Shown here: one piece after another, positions 36,083 to 50,277 of the stretch
Layout of the letters: the number at the start of each line of letters is the position of its first letter
How positions within the stretch are numbered: the first letter of the stretch is position 1
Assembly: GCA_951406725.2 (NCBI GenBank)
Contig: OX597821.1
Location: 35,340,001-35,404,000 of the forward strand
Source of the DNA: Octopus vulgaris
Lineage: Eukaryota
Length of the DNA: 64,000 nt
Direction of reading: 5' to 3'
Position numbers and translations under genes: made by a program
The notes under the pieces: model-generated
What the model saw: the letters and a program-made list of their open reading frames with translations, nothing else
Told to the model about the DNA's origin: nothing
Databases searched by the model: none

Positions 36083-37615
36083 ATTGTGATACGACTTGAG
36101 GGGCCCCGACCTAGAGCTGGCGCATTCCTAATGGAAGTGTAAGCCAGGTCTGGGAGGAGGGGCTTTGTGATATGTATTTATATTTTATGTAATTATTGAA
36201 CTATGTTGTTGTTAGTAATGGACCGTTAAGTCCAAAAATTGAAAAAATTGTAAGAGGTTTAATACCTCGTTTTGTGTTTGTTTTTAAAAGAACAATGTTT
36301 TAGAGAAGCAGAAGTCGGCGGGCGCTTTTTGTCTTCTCCCATTCCCATCATCTTTCTTTCATTATCATTCACTTCATTAATGTCCTCGTCCAGCCCGCAA
36401 AGCTAACTTACTCTATGTACTGCCTTTATGGCAAATGTTATGAAATAAAGTAGCTTTCTTACCAACCACATGGTTCCGGATTCAGTCCCACTGCGTGGCA
36501 CCTTGGGCAAGTGTCTTCTACTATAGCCTCGGGCCGTCAAAGCCTTGTGAGCGGATTTGGTAGACGGAAACTGAAAGAAGCCCGTCGTATATATGTATAT
36601 ATATATATGTATGTTTGTGTGTTGTGTTTGTCCCCCTCCCCCAACATCGCTCGACAACTGATGCTGGTTTGTTTACGTCCCCGTAACTTAGCGGTTCGGC
36701 AAAAGAGACTGATAGAATAAGTACTAGGCTTACAAAGAATAACTAAAGGCGGTGCTCCAGCATGGCCGCAGTCAAATGACTGAAACCTGTAAATGAAATG
36801 AATGAATAAATGCTACCACCAGCAAAAGAATTCTAGTGGTTGATGAGATAACGAGAGAATATCAAAATGGTCGCTGCAGTGGCTCGTAATAGCAGCTAGA
36901 TTTACCTTAAATATTGTCTTAAACGATAGCAGTGGCTCATTAGGAATGACACGTTAGGAGTGACGTATGTAATCCATAATACATTGTTCTGGAAACTAAA
37001 AGATGTGTAAGGTTCATTACTGAAATACGTTAATAATAGGTCTGCAAAATCTGTGCAAAATTTTGTCTAATTAACAGGTGAAAATACCAAAAGCAATTAG
37101 AATAGAAGATCTGCTTCGCCGAGAACGTGGCACAAACACCGCAGAATGGATGTGCTTATTAAAGAAAATACAACATGATATACAGGAAGAGAGCAAGAAA
37201 GGAACATGCAGCCGCATACACTCACAGACGCAGACATAGACGCTCTTTCTCTGTCTCTGTCAGTCTGTCTATCTGTCTGTCTGTCTCTCTCACACACACA
37301 CGCATGCACGCACGCGCACACACAGCCGATACACAGAAGCTGAATTGTTTCCTAAGAGGTTACATTATTTGCAAGTAGACGGGAATCAAATCTGAACGTT
37401 ATGACTTTTATGGTTTTCATACTATAAAAGATGTGGGTTTCGTGCATTTGGTTGTCATAGTGTAAGTAAAGAGAAATAAAATTGGATTCTTGGTTAGAAA
37501 TTGAACAGAGGTCGGATGTTAAAATCGTTGGACAATGATTTCTGCTCTTTAGCTTTTATGTCTAACCATTTGCCTGCCCACCATCTCGCCTGCATGCCTA
37601 TCTATCTATCTATCA

Positions 37616-37699
<84 letters not shown>

Positions 37700-37743
37700 C
37701 AGTGCTTACTCTCTAATACTTAGATCAATATTATATATCTACT

Positions 37744-37940
37744 AGGCGGTGAGCTGGCAGAAACATTTGCCCACCGGGCGAAATGCTTAGCCGTTCTGAG
37801 TTCAAATTCCGCCGAGGTCGACTTTGCGTGTAATCCTTTCGGGGTCGATAAATTAAGTACCAGCTGCGTACTGGGGTAGATCAAATCTACTGGCCCCCTC
37901 CTCCAAAATTTCGGGCCTTGTACTTAGAGTAGAAAAGAAT
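37744..37940 (+). mobile_element. SINE family B monomer, tail type 2
   Basis: Head and body, then tggccccctcctccaaaatttcgggccttgtacttagagtagaaaaga. Confidence 0.9.
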
Positions 37941-38229
37941 AGTATATACCTACTATATACATATTACGTATGTGCAGTATTTTGTGATTCAAGCTGGCGA
38001 AGTCGCGGTTTCGATTCTTGAACCGGTTACAATATTTCCCGTTATTCACATCTGACCAACAATAAGTGACTACTAACAATATTTGGGAGTTAAAACGTAA
38101 CTGCCTGCGGTGCAATCAAGAGTGTGTGTTTTGTACTTTTAAGTGGCCTATAAACCTCGGAATCTAGAACAAGCCTTGCTTATATAAGCAGGAAATCATT
38201 TGGCAAACTTTAAATTTATAAAGGGATGG

Positions 38230-38705
38230 CACCTGCACAAGCGTGGCTGTGTGATAAGAAGTTTGCTTTCCATCTACAAGGCTCCAGGTTCGTTCCTACT
38301 GAGTGGCATCTTGGGCAAGTGGCGTCTTTTGTACCTCGTGCTACTATAACCTCGTAAATGGATCTGGTAGCCGGAAATTGAAAAAAAAAACCTTAATGCA
38401 TATGCATGTGCGTATGTGTTTGTATGAGCGTGCGCGCATGTGTTTGTGTGCGCGTGTCTGAATGTGTGTGTGTATATTTTTGTGTGTAAGTATATGCGTT
38501 TGTGTCTATGTTTGTCCCCCAACACCACTTGACAACCGGTGTTGGGGTGCTTAATTTCCTGTAACTTAGCGGTTCGGCGACAGAGAACAACAGAATAAGT
38601 ACCAGACACAAAATACTAAATACTGGGGTCATTTCGTTTGACCAAAGTACTTCAAGTAATTAGACTGCATGAGCACAGTCTAACGACCGCTACAAATAAA
38701 AGGTA
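38230..38705 (+). mobile_element. Old SINE family A copy
   Basis: Colinear, diverged. Confidence 0.78.
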
Positions 38706-39591
38706 TATATGTATGTGATGCACATACATATATACATATAGTGAGAGATTACAACCTCCAATAGGTTAATGTTTAATAGAGAGTTTGGTGTGATTTCAGA
38801 CAGATTCGGCTGACGTAACAATTTGATGAAAGGCTTACAGTCTCGTGTTGGACAGCGTCGATGTAACTCATGTCAAGGCAAAAGAGACCATGTTGATCTT
38901 TAAACTTTCTGGCAGAGTGTCTTAGTTTCTAAGAGTGTAGTGTGTATGTACTCCACACTTAATTTACATCTGCACATGAATTCTCACTTAAAAATGTGAT
39001 GCTGGGTACCGTTGGGTACCCTACGGCACATAGAGCAAAGAGCACGAGCACTAATTGTAATGAAGTCTCATTAGAGGTCGTAAAGAATTTTCTGTTTATC
39101 CAACGGCGTCTTTAACACTTTAATGTTCAGATTACTCTGTTAAATGTAATACTTTTCCACTCAAATTGTTTTGAATTAATCCTGCATTATCTTATAGCTT
39201 TTGAGGTTTCAATGGTGTGATTGTTTATTTTTAGAATGTCAATGTAGGTTAGGTGCAATAGGCTAGATATCGCCAGTTTCAATATAAAACTTGTAGAATA
39301 TCTGGGCCAGATATGGCCGGTTTAAACACTAAAGGGTTAAGAACCAATCAACTAAATGGCATTTAATGAACAAAAGACATTTTTCTCTTATTTCATTTGA
39401 TTTTATTCTTTGATTATCGACCTCAACGAAATTCAAATGAAAAATCTTATAGGCTAGGATCAGTTTCCGTGTGGAATATATAGAACCAAAAAGACCTGAA
39501 ATGAAAATTTTTCGGAGCTGCCAAATGTCATCAAATTCCAGTATGTATTGTAACATAAGAAAGAATACGTAAACGTAGCCCAAGATACTCT

Positions 39592-39764
39592 TAGGCGTAG
39601 GAGTGGCTGTGTGGTAAGTAGCTTGCTTACGAACCACATGGTTCCGGGTTCAGTCCCACTGCGTAGCACCTTGGGCAAGTGTCTTCTACTATAGCCTCAG
39701 GCCGTCCAAAGCCTTGTGAGTGGATTTGGTAGACGGAAACTGAAAGAATCCCGTCGTATATATG

Positions 39765-39809
<45 letters not shown>

Positions 39810-40027
39810 ATGTGATTGTGTGTCTGTGTTTGTACCCCCAACATCGCTTCACAACCGATGCTGGTGTGTTTACGTCCTCGTAACCTAGCGGTTCGGAAAA
39901 AGCGACCGATTGAATAAGTACTGGGCTTGCAAAGAATAAGTCCTGGGGTCGATTCGCTCGACTAAAAAGGTGGTGCTCCAGCATGGCCACAGTCAAATGA
40001 CAGAAACAAGTAAAAGAGTAAAGAGTA
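39592..40027 (+). mobile_element. SINE family A, full length
   Basis: Near consensus; (gtaaaaga) tail. Confidence 0.93.
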
Positions 40028-40629
40028 ATGAGTATACTCTTTGTCTAAAAAAATAATGGTGAGAATGACGATGCTCCAGAACGTTTTTGGCTATAGATAC
40101 ACATGTTCAGGGATTCTACGGTATTTAATGAAAATTTGTTTCGGAAATTGTCCAATAATCTATTGTTGCGTATTTATCATACTGTTCTTGTATGTTTGAG
40201 GGATCTTCTACATAAGCCTCGCGACCTGCTAGAAATAGTAGCTAAATCCATTCTAAATCACAATGTACAAAATTCATTTATAAATAAAATCACGAGGTGT
40301 ATATTGCTATATTTAGCAAAGTGGAATGGTTACAGCGGTATGAATGCCTTTCATCAGACTTCCGCTCAATCAGGTCTCACCCGAAGTTAAACAATAGCAG
40401 TAACATCGTAGCGAGTGCAAAACCAACAGGAAAGATTCAATGAGATTATCTCATTATAAAAAAAATGACAGTTCAAACCTCTTGAAAATCATACTTTATA
40501 GTCTTAAAAAACGAATGAATAAGACATGGGTACAAAAGGCGAGTTGGTCGCGGCCGGAATGCCCTAGCAAGATTGAAATGTTTGTAAAAAAACAACTTGA
40601 ACATTATTTTTGTTCTGTAAGAGGTTTCT

Positions 40630-40929
40630 TCTTGTTTGTTCCTTCTGGAGCCATGCCTAGCTCATAAGGGCCGGTTTCCCGGTTTCCTGGGCGTATAGGT
40701 TCCCCACCTGTACGGGACGCGGGTCCGTCTCAGGTGAGCTGCAGGAAGAAAGAGTGAAAGGAAGTTGTGGCGAAAGAATCAGCAGAAGTTTCGCCATTAC
40801 CTTCTGCTTGAGCTACGTGGAGCTTAGGTGTTTCGTTCATAAACACACACATCGCCCGGTCTGAGATTCGAACCAGCGATCCCTCGACCGTGAGCCCGCT
40901 GCTCTAACTACTAGGCCATGTGCCTCCAC
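40630..40929 (-). mobile_element. SINE family C
   Basis: Matches 7051-7358; gtaagagg is repeated on both sides (candidate TSD). Confidence 0.9.
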
Positions 40930-41283
40930 TCCGTAAGAGGGTTCTATGGAAGTAATCTGTCTCAAACTTGAATCACTGGAAATAGAGATAGATGTGTTTT
41001 CAGGGAGTATATCATTAAATTAGGATCAGTTTCATATCGCAGCGGCTTAGGTTAAATATGGTACCCAACACCAATTAGTAGATAAGGGATTATTTTGGTT
41101 CCTTTATTCGCCAAGAAAGAGTAATATATCAACGGAATTCTACAGCAAAATCTCTTCGGCTAATATAGATTTTCGGATGAAATATTTTTTTTATAGATTT
41201 TGTTACTAACGTTTTATTACATTATGCATGTGTGCGTATGATTATTTATATACATGTAGAAATGCGCATAGATAGACAATTGG

Positions 41284-41354
<71 letters not shown>

Positions 41355-41408
41355 ACTGATTGATAAGGCTATATAGAAAGATAGATAGACTGATTTATAT
41401 ATATATGT

Positions 41409-41461
<53 letters not shown>

Positions 41462-41943
41462 CATACATACCTACATACATATATAATCATATATAGATAT
41501 ACAAACACGTATATCAATATATTTATGTAACTACAAATGTGTGTGTGCATGTGCATTTGTGTGTGTGTATGTGAGTGAAAGAGAGAGAGAGAGGGGGGAG
41601 CGAGAAAAGGGAGAGAAGGTAACAGAAAGAGAAACCACATTAAAAGGAAAAGAGAAAATCGTGAATGAAGATATGAATATATATGAATGATGATGTCTTT
41701 GCACGACGTAAGAAGTAAAGGCGGTGATGTAATAAGAACTAGTAATTATAGAGTTATGTCTCTGCAAAGTAACTTGGACAGTATAATTATATATCTCACT
41801 CTCTTTATATCGAATATAAAGTTGTATTCTCTGTAGATAGTATCACGACATATTCCATGCAGAAAAATAGAGAATGTATATATATATTACGTAAATACGC
41901 TTATGTAGAAATGATATGGATGAATATATATATATACGTATGT

Positions 41944-41984
<41 letters not shown>

Positions 41985-41990
41985 TATGCA

Positions 41991-42028
<38 letters not shown>

Positions 42029-42120
42029 CACGCACTCACACATATATAATTGTATTTTACAGATTTGATGCTTTATCAAAGAAACATTGCTCTCGCTAAT
42101 TCAAAGCTCTTATATGTATG

Positions 42121-42224
<104 letters not shown>

Positions 42225-42468
42225 ATATATCATAAGTGTTTAGATATATAGATATTAAGGTAGTTTTGTGACAAATAAAACCAAACTTTCGTTGCGGATG
42301 AACATAGATTAAATTGACTTTATTGCCGCAATCATCTCATATATCTATTTCTCCTTCGATGTCCCTGTCTATTTCTATATGTCTGTATGTATATATCTGT
42401 CTCTCTATCTTGCCCTCTCTATCCTTCAACATAAACACATATACCCACAAACAAGCGCACACTAGAAT

Positions 42469-42990
42469 ATATTGTGTTGAACGAAAGTTCCTTTTTGGAT
42501 TTTTGAGCGAAAATATCACGCAATTTCAAACGTAAAGAAATGTTTTAAATCAATGATATAATTACCGTTTCGTTCTAACTTGCGGGTCCATTTTTCTCAA
42601 CTCAAAGATTTTCCTGTTTTTACTGGCGAAAAACTCTTCCACGTGAATTTTTACACCCTCTATAGAATTGAAGGTCTGTCTATTCACTGAAATTTAAAGA
42701 GACCGAACAGGTGGGAAATTGAAGGTGCAAGGTCGGGCGAGTGTGTAGAGTTTTTCCGCCAAATCATAGTAAATTTTGCAGCGTGTGGAAAAGTGTGCGG
42801 TGTGGCTTTGATGTGGGGAAAGACAATGCTCTTCACAATCAACAACTGCTTGTCGCTTCTGGTAGATATCTGCGCTGAATTTATCCAGCTGGTCACAGTA
42901 CACATCCGAATTAATAGTCCTTCCGTGGGAAGAAGCTCGTAACAGACAGCCCTCTTCCAATCCCACTAAACTGAATGCATAATCTTCTTC
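42469..42990 (-). pseudogene. mariner transposase 3' remnant with probable TIR at ~42469
   Basis: Frames give WDWK...YELL, HGRTINSDVYCDQLDK and HSPDLAPSISHLF (mariner YSPDLAP motif). Confidence 0.85.
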
Positions 42991-44244
42991 AGGTGAGTTT
43001 CAGTTTCAGATATTCGTGGCAATTTGCCGATGAATGCGTTTCAGCAGAAGACCATGCATGGGTATGTTGGAAGAAAGCTTCAGGATGACAGGAACACTGA
43101 TAGCCATGGCAGTCTCTCGTCTCCCTTGGACAAACAACCGGATCACGAACTTTCACTGTGCAATGCATAAACATAAAATAAGCACCAAACTCCTGTTGCA
43201 CAAAACAGAGATGCAGGAATGATACCGAAATGTGGTAACCGATGCTGATTTTATACATACAACATCGGGGGTATCATTCACATAATAAGCAGTTGTTCAA
43301 AAAATAACTGCATTAGTATCCAGCATTGAATCATGATTGGCTAAGCCACTTTAGAATGCGATATGTCGGAAGTATAATTCTGAGACTAAAGAAACAATAA
43401 TCCACCCTCTGGTAAAAAGAAGCCATAACTATCCATAATACGTGAGTACTGGTGAAATGTTACTGTAAAATTTTCTATAGAATCTAATCTTAATATGCCA
43501 GATATAATGAGTTGGGACTGAGAAGAGAAACTATGTGGAATAGCGGAATTCAGCTACCCTGGAAGATCAGCGAGGAAGCAAATACCTACGCGGAACTATT
43601 GAGAAATTTAGTGATACTCCTCGTAGACAGAAAGTTTGAATTTGCATATGTAATTATTAGTGCAATTGTTTATGTAACCAACAGCTTCAGTTCATTCTTG
43701 AGAAATTAGGTTTCGGAAAATCAAAAAGATAATTAGTAGCTTCCAGACACCAATCTATCAATGGGATTGTAAGTATTATATAAATTTTCCAAAATTTTTG
43801 CATATGAGTATATATCCACATATCTACGCATGCAGCCACTTGTATGAGTACACGCATAGAAAGTAAACCATGCAAGCCAGAACATCTGCAGAGGTGCTGA
43901 TGTCAAATACTTGTACAAATACATACACAACTTTCTGTTGATGTTGAATTTCCATCAAAGAGGCATCAGAACTAGGTTAAAAAGCGGCTCTTTCTCCATT
44001 GGCGAGAAACCTGGAAATAAAACTACATAGTAACATCCAGCCAGCCACCTAACCATACGTACATACATACATACACACACATACATACACTCGCATTCGT
44101 CATACATACATTGTTACATCGACGTACACACAAACACGTGCGCGTGCAAATATAAGTAAGTGTGAGTGGAGAAAATGCTAGATTATGATGGAATTCTATT
44201 TGATTGTTGGGTATATGAAGACATAATTTTGGATTCGAATTTTG

Positions 44245-44403
44245 ACATAAGGCCAGTCCTCAAATGCTAGTTTACCGACCCGGAAAAGACGGTAGGCAAA
44301 CGCGACCTCGGTGGAATTTGAACTTGGAACATAAATACGGACGAAATGTCATTTAGCGACATTTCGTCTGGCGCACTAAGGAATCTGCCAGCTTGACCGC
44401 CTT
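44245..44403 (-). mobile_element. Old SINE family B copy
   Basis: gacctcggtggaatttgaact...gaatctgccagct..cgcctt. Confidence 0.75.
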
Positions 44404-45193
44404 ATATTAATACGTAATATACCACCCGGATTAGCATTCCTCATTTTTGCTGCCTGTTTTATTAACTAGGAAAGAGAAGCACTTAAAAATCACTTCCGTA
44501 TTTTGATTGACACGGAAGTACTCCCTTTCAATATCCTCTTCTTTATTTATCATAATTATATATTAGTCTATGTTTCATTAGCTTTAACGATGCTATTAAG
44601 TAAGTGAAAACCTAAATTTCTTATCCTCATATATTTTCAAATGGTATAAACGTACTGAATTGCGTCCACGGATGCAAAATCCGTTATTTGTTTATTCGGA
44701 TGAAGTTAATTGGTTTGTAATGGGTAATGAAAATATAATAGGGGCCAGGAAACGTTTGTTTTATTACTATAGGTATATATCAATCAAATAGACATGCTAA
44801 TGAATAAAACTTTTGTTTTATTACTACAAGTATATATCAATCAAAAAGACATGTGGATGAACATAGCATGTTCCAGGGTATATTTAATCAGGCTATTTAA
44901 TTAAAAAAGCATTAAATTAGATTACCATATTTGAAGGTGTATATAGTCTGGACAGTTAATTAAATGATCCTTCGTATTTGCAGAGTGGCAAACTAAAATA
45001 TGACAATTGTATGCCCTTTCTATATCTATTAGTAGGGTGAATGAAGTTAAATAGATTTTGAGCATGAATGGAAATCATATTACGGAACTGACTTGTGGGT
45101 TAGTCAGAATTTAGTCTTACAGCGTTCGTTACAAATGCGGTAGAAACGATTTCGTCAATGGTTTCTCATTGGCCATTCCCACCTAAATACAAA

Positions 45194-45411
45194 TACGAGG
45201 GGATGCTGAAAAGTTACTGGCTTGGGTAAAAGAAAATACGGGACGATCAGTTAATTATGATTTTACTCAACAAATTCTTCTCTCAGATTCATACGCTTAT
45301 TACAGCGGTCCTTCAGCTTTTCTTAGCCCTGTAAAAGAACTCAGAATGTTGGGCCTCCAACCAGGCTTTTCGTGACACCCTTAAAGTCAGAACCGTCAAT
45401 ATTCCCTCATA
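45194..45411. mobile_element. Small mariner-type MITE (~215 bp) with TA ends
   Basis: Imperfect TIRs: tacgaggggatgctgaaaagttactggctt, and the right end read in reverse complement as tatgagggaatattgacggttctgacttt. Confidence 0.6.
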
Positions 45412-45617
45412 CCAATCAAAAATGTCTTTCAATTGAAATTCAAACTACGTACTATGTCTGGGATAAAAGATTTGTTAATAACTGACAGAAAGCTTGTTAT
45501 TATAATATTGCTTACTCAAGAAGGACATAAAGTAGGATTGTTAACGAGCATTATCATCTTAAACAGTTCTAGAACACATACAAATTGTAAACACGGTTAT
45601 TGATTCTAACCTCTTAC

Positions 45618-45990
45618 ACCTGTTTCAGTCATTGCTTTGGTTATACCTTGAAAGGTTTTTGTCGAACAACCAGTACTGATATTCTTTTAAAACCTTGTCC
45701 ATATTATTTTAACCTATAATGCCGAACCACTAAGTTAGAGGGCTGTAGACGAACCAACTTTGGTTATCAATCGGTGGTAGGAGACAAACATGAATAACAC
45801 ACACACACACACACACAAATATATACACATCTATGTTGAGCTACTTTCATTTTCTGTCTACCTAATCTACTCGTAAAGCTTTAGTCGCCCTGAGGTGATA
45901 GTAGAAAACACTTGCTCAAGGTGCCAGGCAGTAGAACCAAACTCGGAATAATATAGTTGGGAAGGAAATCTCTTACCATAGAGCCATGCT
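45618..45990 (-). mobile_element. Old SINE family A copy (similar decayed copies at 47800-48095, 49480-49870, 50150-50270, 57439-57510)
   Basis: Colinear remnants: gccgaaccactaagtta, tagtagaaaacacttgctcaaggtgcc. Confidence 0.75.
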
Positions 45991-47033
45991 TGCGTTTACT
46001 ATTGTTATAAAAGAAATTATATCTAAAAATATAAAAGATATTAGCTATTATTACTAAAAAATTACAATAATAAAACACGGAATAACATGATGTATTGCTT
46101 CAATTTATCTGCAATTAAACAAAATAATTATTCTCAAATTAGGGTATTGGTCTTCGACCTTTCTTTATGACGAAAGAAAAAGTTTTATTACTCATTATTT
46201 CTTTATGTTCTGGTATATTGATAAAATTAGAGAATTACGAATTATTTGAAACCCAAAATTAAGAATGTGTAAATTGAAGTCTGGGAAGCAAATACATTTT
46301 TACAAGCACGGATACACGCAAGCAGTGATAGTCACTTCCTTGTGATCTATTGCTAAATCGACTTTTGTTATTGACGTGTTATATGTTAGTCTAGTGCAAG
46401 AAATCATCATTTATGTATGAAATCGTTATTAATTAACCTAAAACTCGCGAATCTATTGAGTTGATATGGCAGCCAGACAATTTCTGGAACGTAATTGGTG
46501 TGTACACAAGAAATATTTTCCAAAGTTTTATTCAGCGTTTCGAGTCGGCTGCTAGTTCTGTTGTTATTCTCTTTTAATCTATATTTGCCTGACAAACCGA
46601 CGCATGTGCACCGTGAATGTTATGTCGCTTACATCATTACGCATAATCACATATGACAATTTTCATATTTTACAACAATGATATCGTCCCTCTCGTGTTT
46701 CAATTAGAGATTATTCTTATGCATCGTGAAAAGAAATTTTTAATTGTTCTGTTAAGTATAATATAGTAGCCTTTTAGCTGCATCCGCTAGTGGGTCCCTG
46801 ATTCGGGAGTTCCAGGGTTTGAGGCGTGAGAAATCACTTCTTAGTCACTACTGTGCCTAGGTCTACTCTGACCGACAAAAGTAGCACCTATCACTCTCAG
46901 CAGTGGGTTAAGTAACATCTATGCACCTGAGACAGCGTACGTTGAAAGTGTGGAATGCAGCATTACGGATATGAAGTATTTTGGCAAAGTCAATGAGAAA
47001 TATCACTAGAGCCTCAGCGGGAGAGCAGACAGC

Positions 47034-47411
47034 GTGGAGGCGCAATGGCCCAATGGTTAGGGCAGCGGACTCGAGTACGGAGTATCACGGTTTCGATTCC
47101 CAGACCGGGCGTTGTGTGTGTTTTTTGAGCGAAAACACCTAAAGCTCCACGAGGCTCCGGCAGGGGTTAGTGGCGACCCCTGTTGTACTCTTTCGCTCCA
47201 ACGTTCTCTCACTATTTTTTCCTGTTTCTTATTCCCCACTTCCTACGCAACCGCTGAGCCTGGATGCACATTCATCCATCCGTCGATGCTCTTGGTGTCG
47301 GGGGTTGACCTGCTTTCTCTTCTGCGGGTCTTACAAAAAGCAAAGGACCACGTTTCGGACTTCTCCCACTCTGAGACGAAGACCGATTCGCTCAACAAAC
47401 TAACAAACAGA
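47034..47411 (+). mobile_element. SINE with a family C-type head/body but a different 3' tail
   Basis: First ~190 bp align to family C; TSD agcagacagc at 47024-47033 and 47412-47421. Confidence 0.85.
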
Positions 47412-50277
47412 AGCAGACAGCAAATTGTCCACAGCCAGGATTTACCAATTCAGCATATGAACCTGTAGTCGTGGCGTGCGCGGATGAAATATTTCAATTA
47501 ACGAATGACTAATATGATCTATTAGTTCGGAAAAATCTCCCGATTTGGATGGAGTTTGCTGTCACCTTTGGTTTACTACTGAATACTCAACTTTTCATAT
47601 TCCTATGTAATCATCATGTCATGAGCTTATTCCATATAGAAGTAAATAACTACTACTCCTTTGTTCTAGGTCCGCTCAAATCGATGGGATCTAGCATCAA
47701 GTTAATCTAACCGTGCCCAGCCGTCGGTTTAGCTTTATGTAGAGCTTCATTACTCGATGTGTTTTTCCCACTCTTAAGAAATTTGAGTATTGTCTTTTGC
47801 GTTATTTGACTGCAGCCATGCTGAGCCATCATCGCTGATCCGCGACGTCATGGGGACGTAAACATACTGACACACGTTGTTAAAAGACGTTATGGGATAA
47901 ACACAGACGCAAGACGCACGCACACATATATATAAGACAGGTTTCCACACAGTCAAACAAATTCTCTCAGAAGCAGAAAACATTGTTAAGCCCGAAGCTA
48001 TAGTAGCAGACACTCGCTCAAGGTATCGGGCAGTACAGCTGAACCCGAAACCAAGAGATGTCAAAGCAAGCCTTTAAATTAGAAACCCATATCTGCTTAT
48101 ATAAGGAAGGATTGGTGTTTAACAGTATGGTCGTCCAAAATTGTGTATTCTCGTTTGGTCTCTTAGAAGGAAATAGTTTATATAGAAGGAAATAGATTGG
48201 GCAAAACGCAAGGCTTTAGTCAGCGTATAATTGTTGTTTAGTTACGCTACGGTGTTCACAAGAATTGTCATCATAAATATGGACTCGGAAAACGTTAAAC
48301 TCAGTCCTGCGGCCAATAGACAAACACAAAATCTGGCCTTCAAATTTCTCGCCATCACCATTACCACAACAATCACTTCTCCTCAGTATTGATAATACTA
48401 TCAACACTACTACCACTACCGCTTCAATTACAACCTTCACCACCCCGTAATCACTTAGTGCAATGAAGAGTACACTAAATGTCAGTATCAGAAACATTTT
48501 AATTTACGTCTTAAAGTTGTTAAGCAAATAATGATTATCTGTCTGTCTATCTGTTTATCTTTCTGAGGATCTTTCGTTCATTCATTCTTTCTTGATTTCT
48601 ATTTACAATATCTTCACACCAGAAAGGTCTCATCAAAATATCATGAATATTACTTTTTGCCTATTTACGTCACTCTCTCATAACTGAAGTGATCTTATTA
48701 ACACTTTAATATATACCGCAATAACTGTTATATCTTCCATCTTGTTTCTTTTTCTCTCCATTTTGAAATTTTGTTTTTATCTAGAAGAGAAATCAATTTA
48801 TTGACTTTTCAACATTTTGAAAGAAAATTTTCTGACATCTTTGTCTCTAAATGTCTGTGTTTCTGTTTTGTTGTTCTTAACGTTTTATTTATTTTGCTTT
48901 TACGTTTTCATTAAAATCCTACTAATAGTTACGAAAATATTTTGAAATGGCAGCAACAAAAGATCAACAAAAACAAAAGCAAGAACAGTAACAACAGCAG
49001 AAGATGAAGCAAAAACAGTTAGAAGATGAAAAAAATTATTGAAGCATTTACAATATTTCAAAGATGTTTATATAAACAAATCATTATTTTTTATCAAATC
49101 AAATACTGATTGTCAACTGAGATACAAGATGACTTATATTTTGGTAATTATATCAGCCTAAGTACTTGTTCCACCTTATTCTATCGGTTTCGCGTGGGTG
49201 AGATAAAAAGACAAACAAACCTGATGCGATTTGGACTGAGAAAACAGGGATATGTAAGTGAACAGTACAGCCTGTAATTTACCGATTCTGCCCAGAGATG
49301 CTTTAGAATTACGGTGGAAATGTTGAAAGTAACTTATTCCGAAATATAAAAAAGGAGGAACAAAAGAACTTATATTATTCCAAGATAAATATTAGATCAA
49401 GTAAAAAAACAAAAAAAAGGAAGGAAAAGCCGAAAAAAATTGTCCGTGTAGTTTAGTTGAATTAGCAACAACACAATATCGAGGTCAGCTCTACTGCGCA
49501 ACAGTGTAGTCAAGTGTCTTCTACTACGTATAGCGTCAGAACAACCTGTACCGAGTGAGTGAATTTAGCAGACAGAAATTTGCGTGCAAGCTTGTCTCGC
49601 GCTCTGTCTCTCTCTTTCTCCCTTTTTTCTCTCTCACTTTCTATGTGTCTGTGTGTGCATGCATACGCATTTGTACTTGTCCACAAGAACTGCTTGAAGA
49701 CCGGTATTATTTGCTTACGTCATCGTAACTTACCAGTTCGATGATAGTAACTAATAGAAAATATACCAGATTGAAAGTAAGTTCTAGAGTCGATTTGCTT
49801 GACTACACCTGGACGGCAGTGCCCCATCATGGCCGTAATCCAATAACTGAAACAAGTATAAGAGCAAATAGATTGGCAAGTTTATAGCTTATGCATAAAA
49901 TATAATATTGCTTATATTACCTGAGAAAATTGAGTGAAAGCCGTATACTCTTGAAGAAATAATATTGAAGTAATGTATTAGAGAAGCAGAAATCCGTGTT
50001 GTCGCTGGTTTTAAATTCACTGGATATTTTTTATTAAATCGCAATGCCAAGGAAAACTCCTTGGTTGTACACAACAACTACATGTACGACGTATTGCCTT
50101 TAATTCGCTTTATCTTGAACTTGTTTGTCATAGGACTGAGTTTAGTCGAAGATTTGGAACCCAGTACTTCTCATGTTTTAGCCTGGTACTTATTCTAGCG
50201 GTTTCCTTTGTCGCACTGCTAATTTACAGGGAAGCAAATAAGCCAACATCGGTTGCGAAGCGATGGTAGTGTTAAAT

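Larger units (their letters stand above)
34446..36447 (+). mobile_element. Full-length ORF1-only non-LTR retroelement (HAL1-like; L1/Tx1 group)
   Basis: 13-bp TSD aagtagctttctt at 34433-34445 and 36448-36460; T-rich 5' UTR; ORF1; 3' UTR ending in aataaa; no endonuclease or RT coding sequence. Confidence 0.85.
34409..36810 (+). mobile_element. SINE family A split by a 2-kb insertion (head 34409-34445; remainder 36448-36810)
   Basis: ggcgtaggagtggctgtgtggtaagtagctttctt resumes at 36461 as accaaccacatggttccg. Confidence 0.92.

Noticed and set aside
44755-44862. Two ~58-bp tandem units
   Set aside because: Ordinary short local duplication with no further structure.
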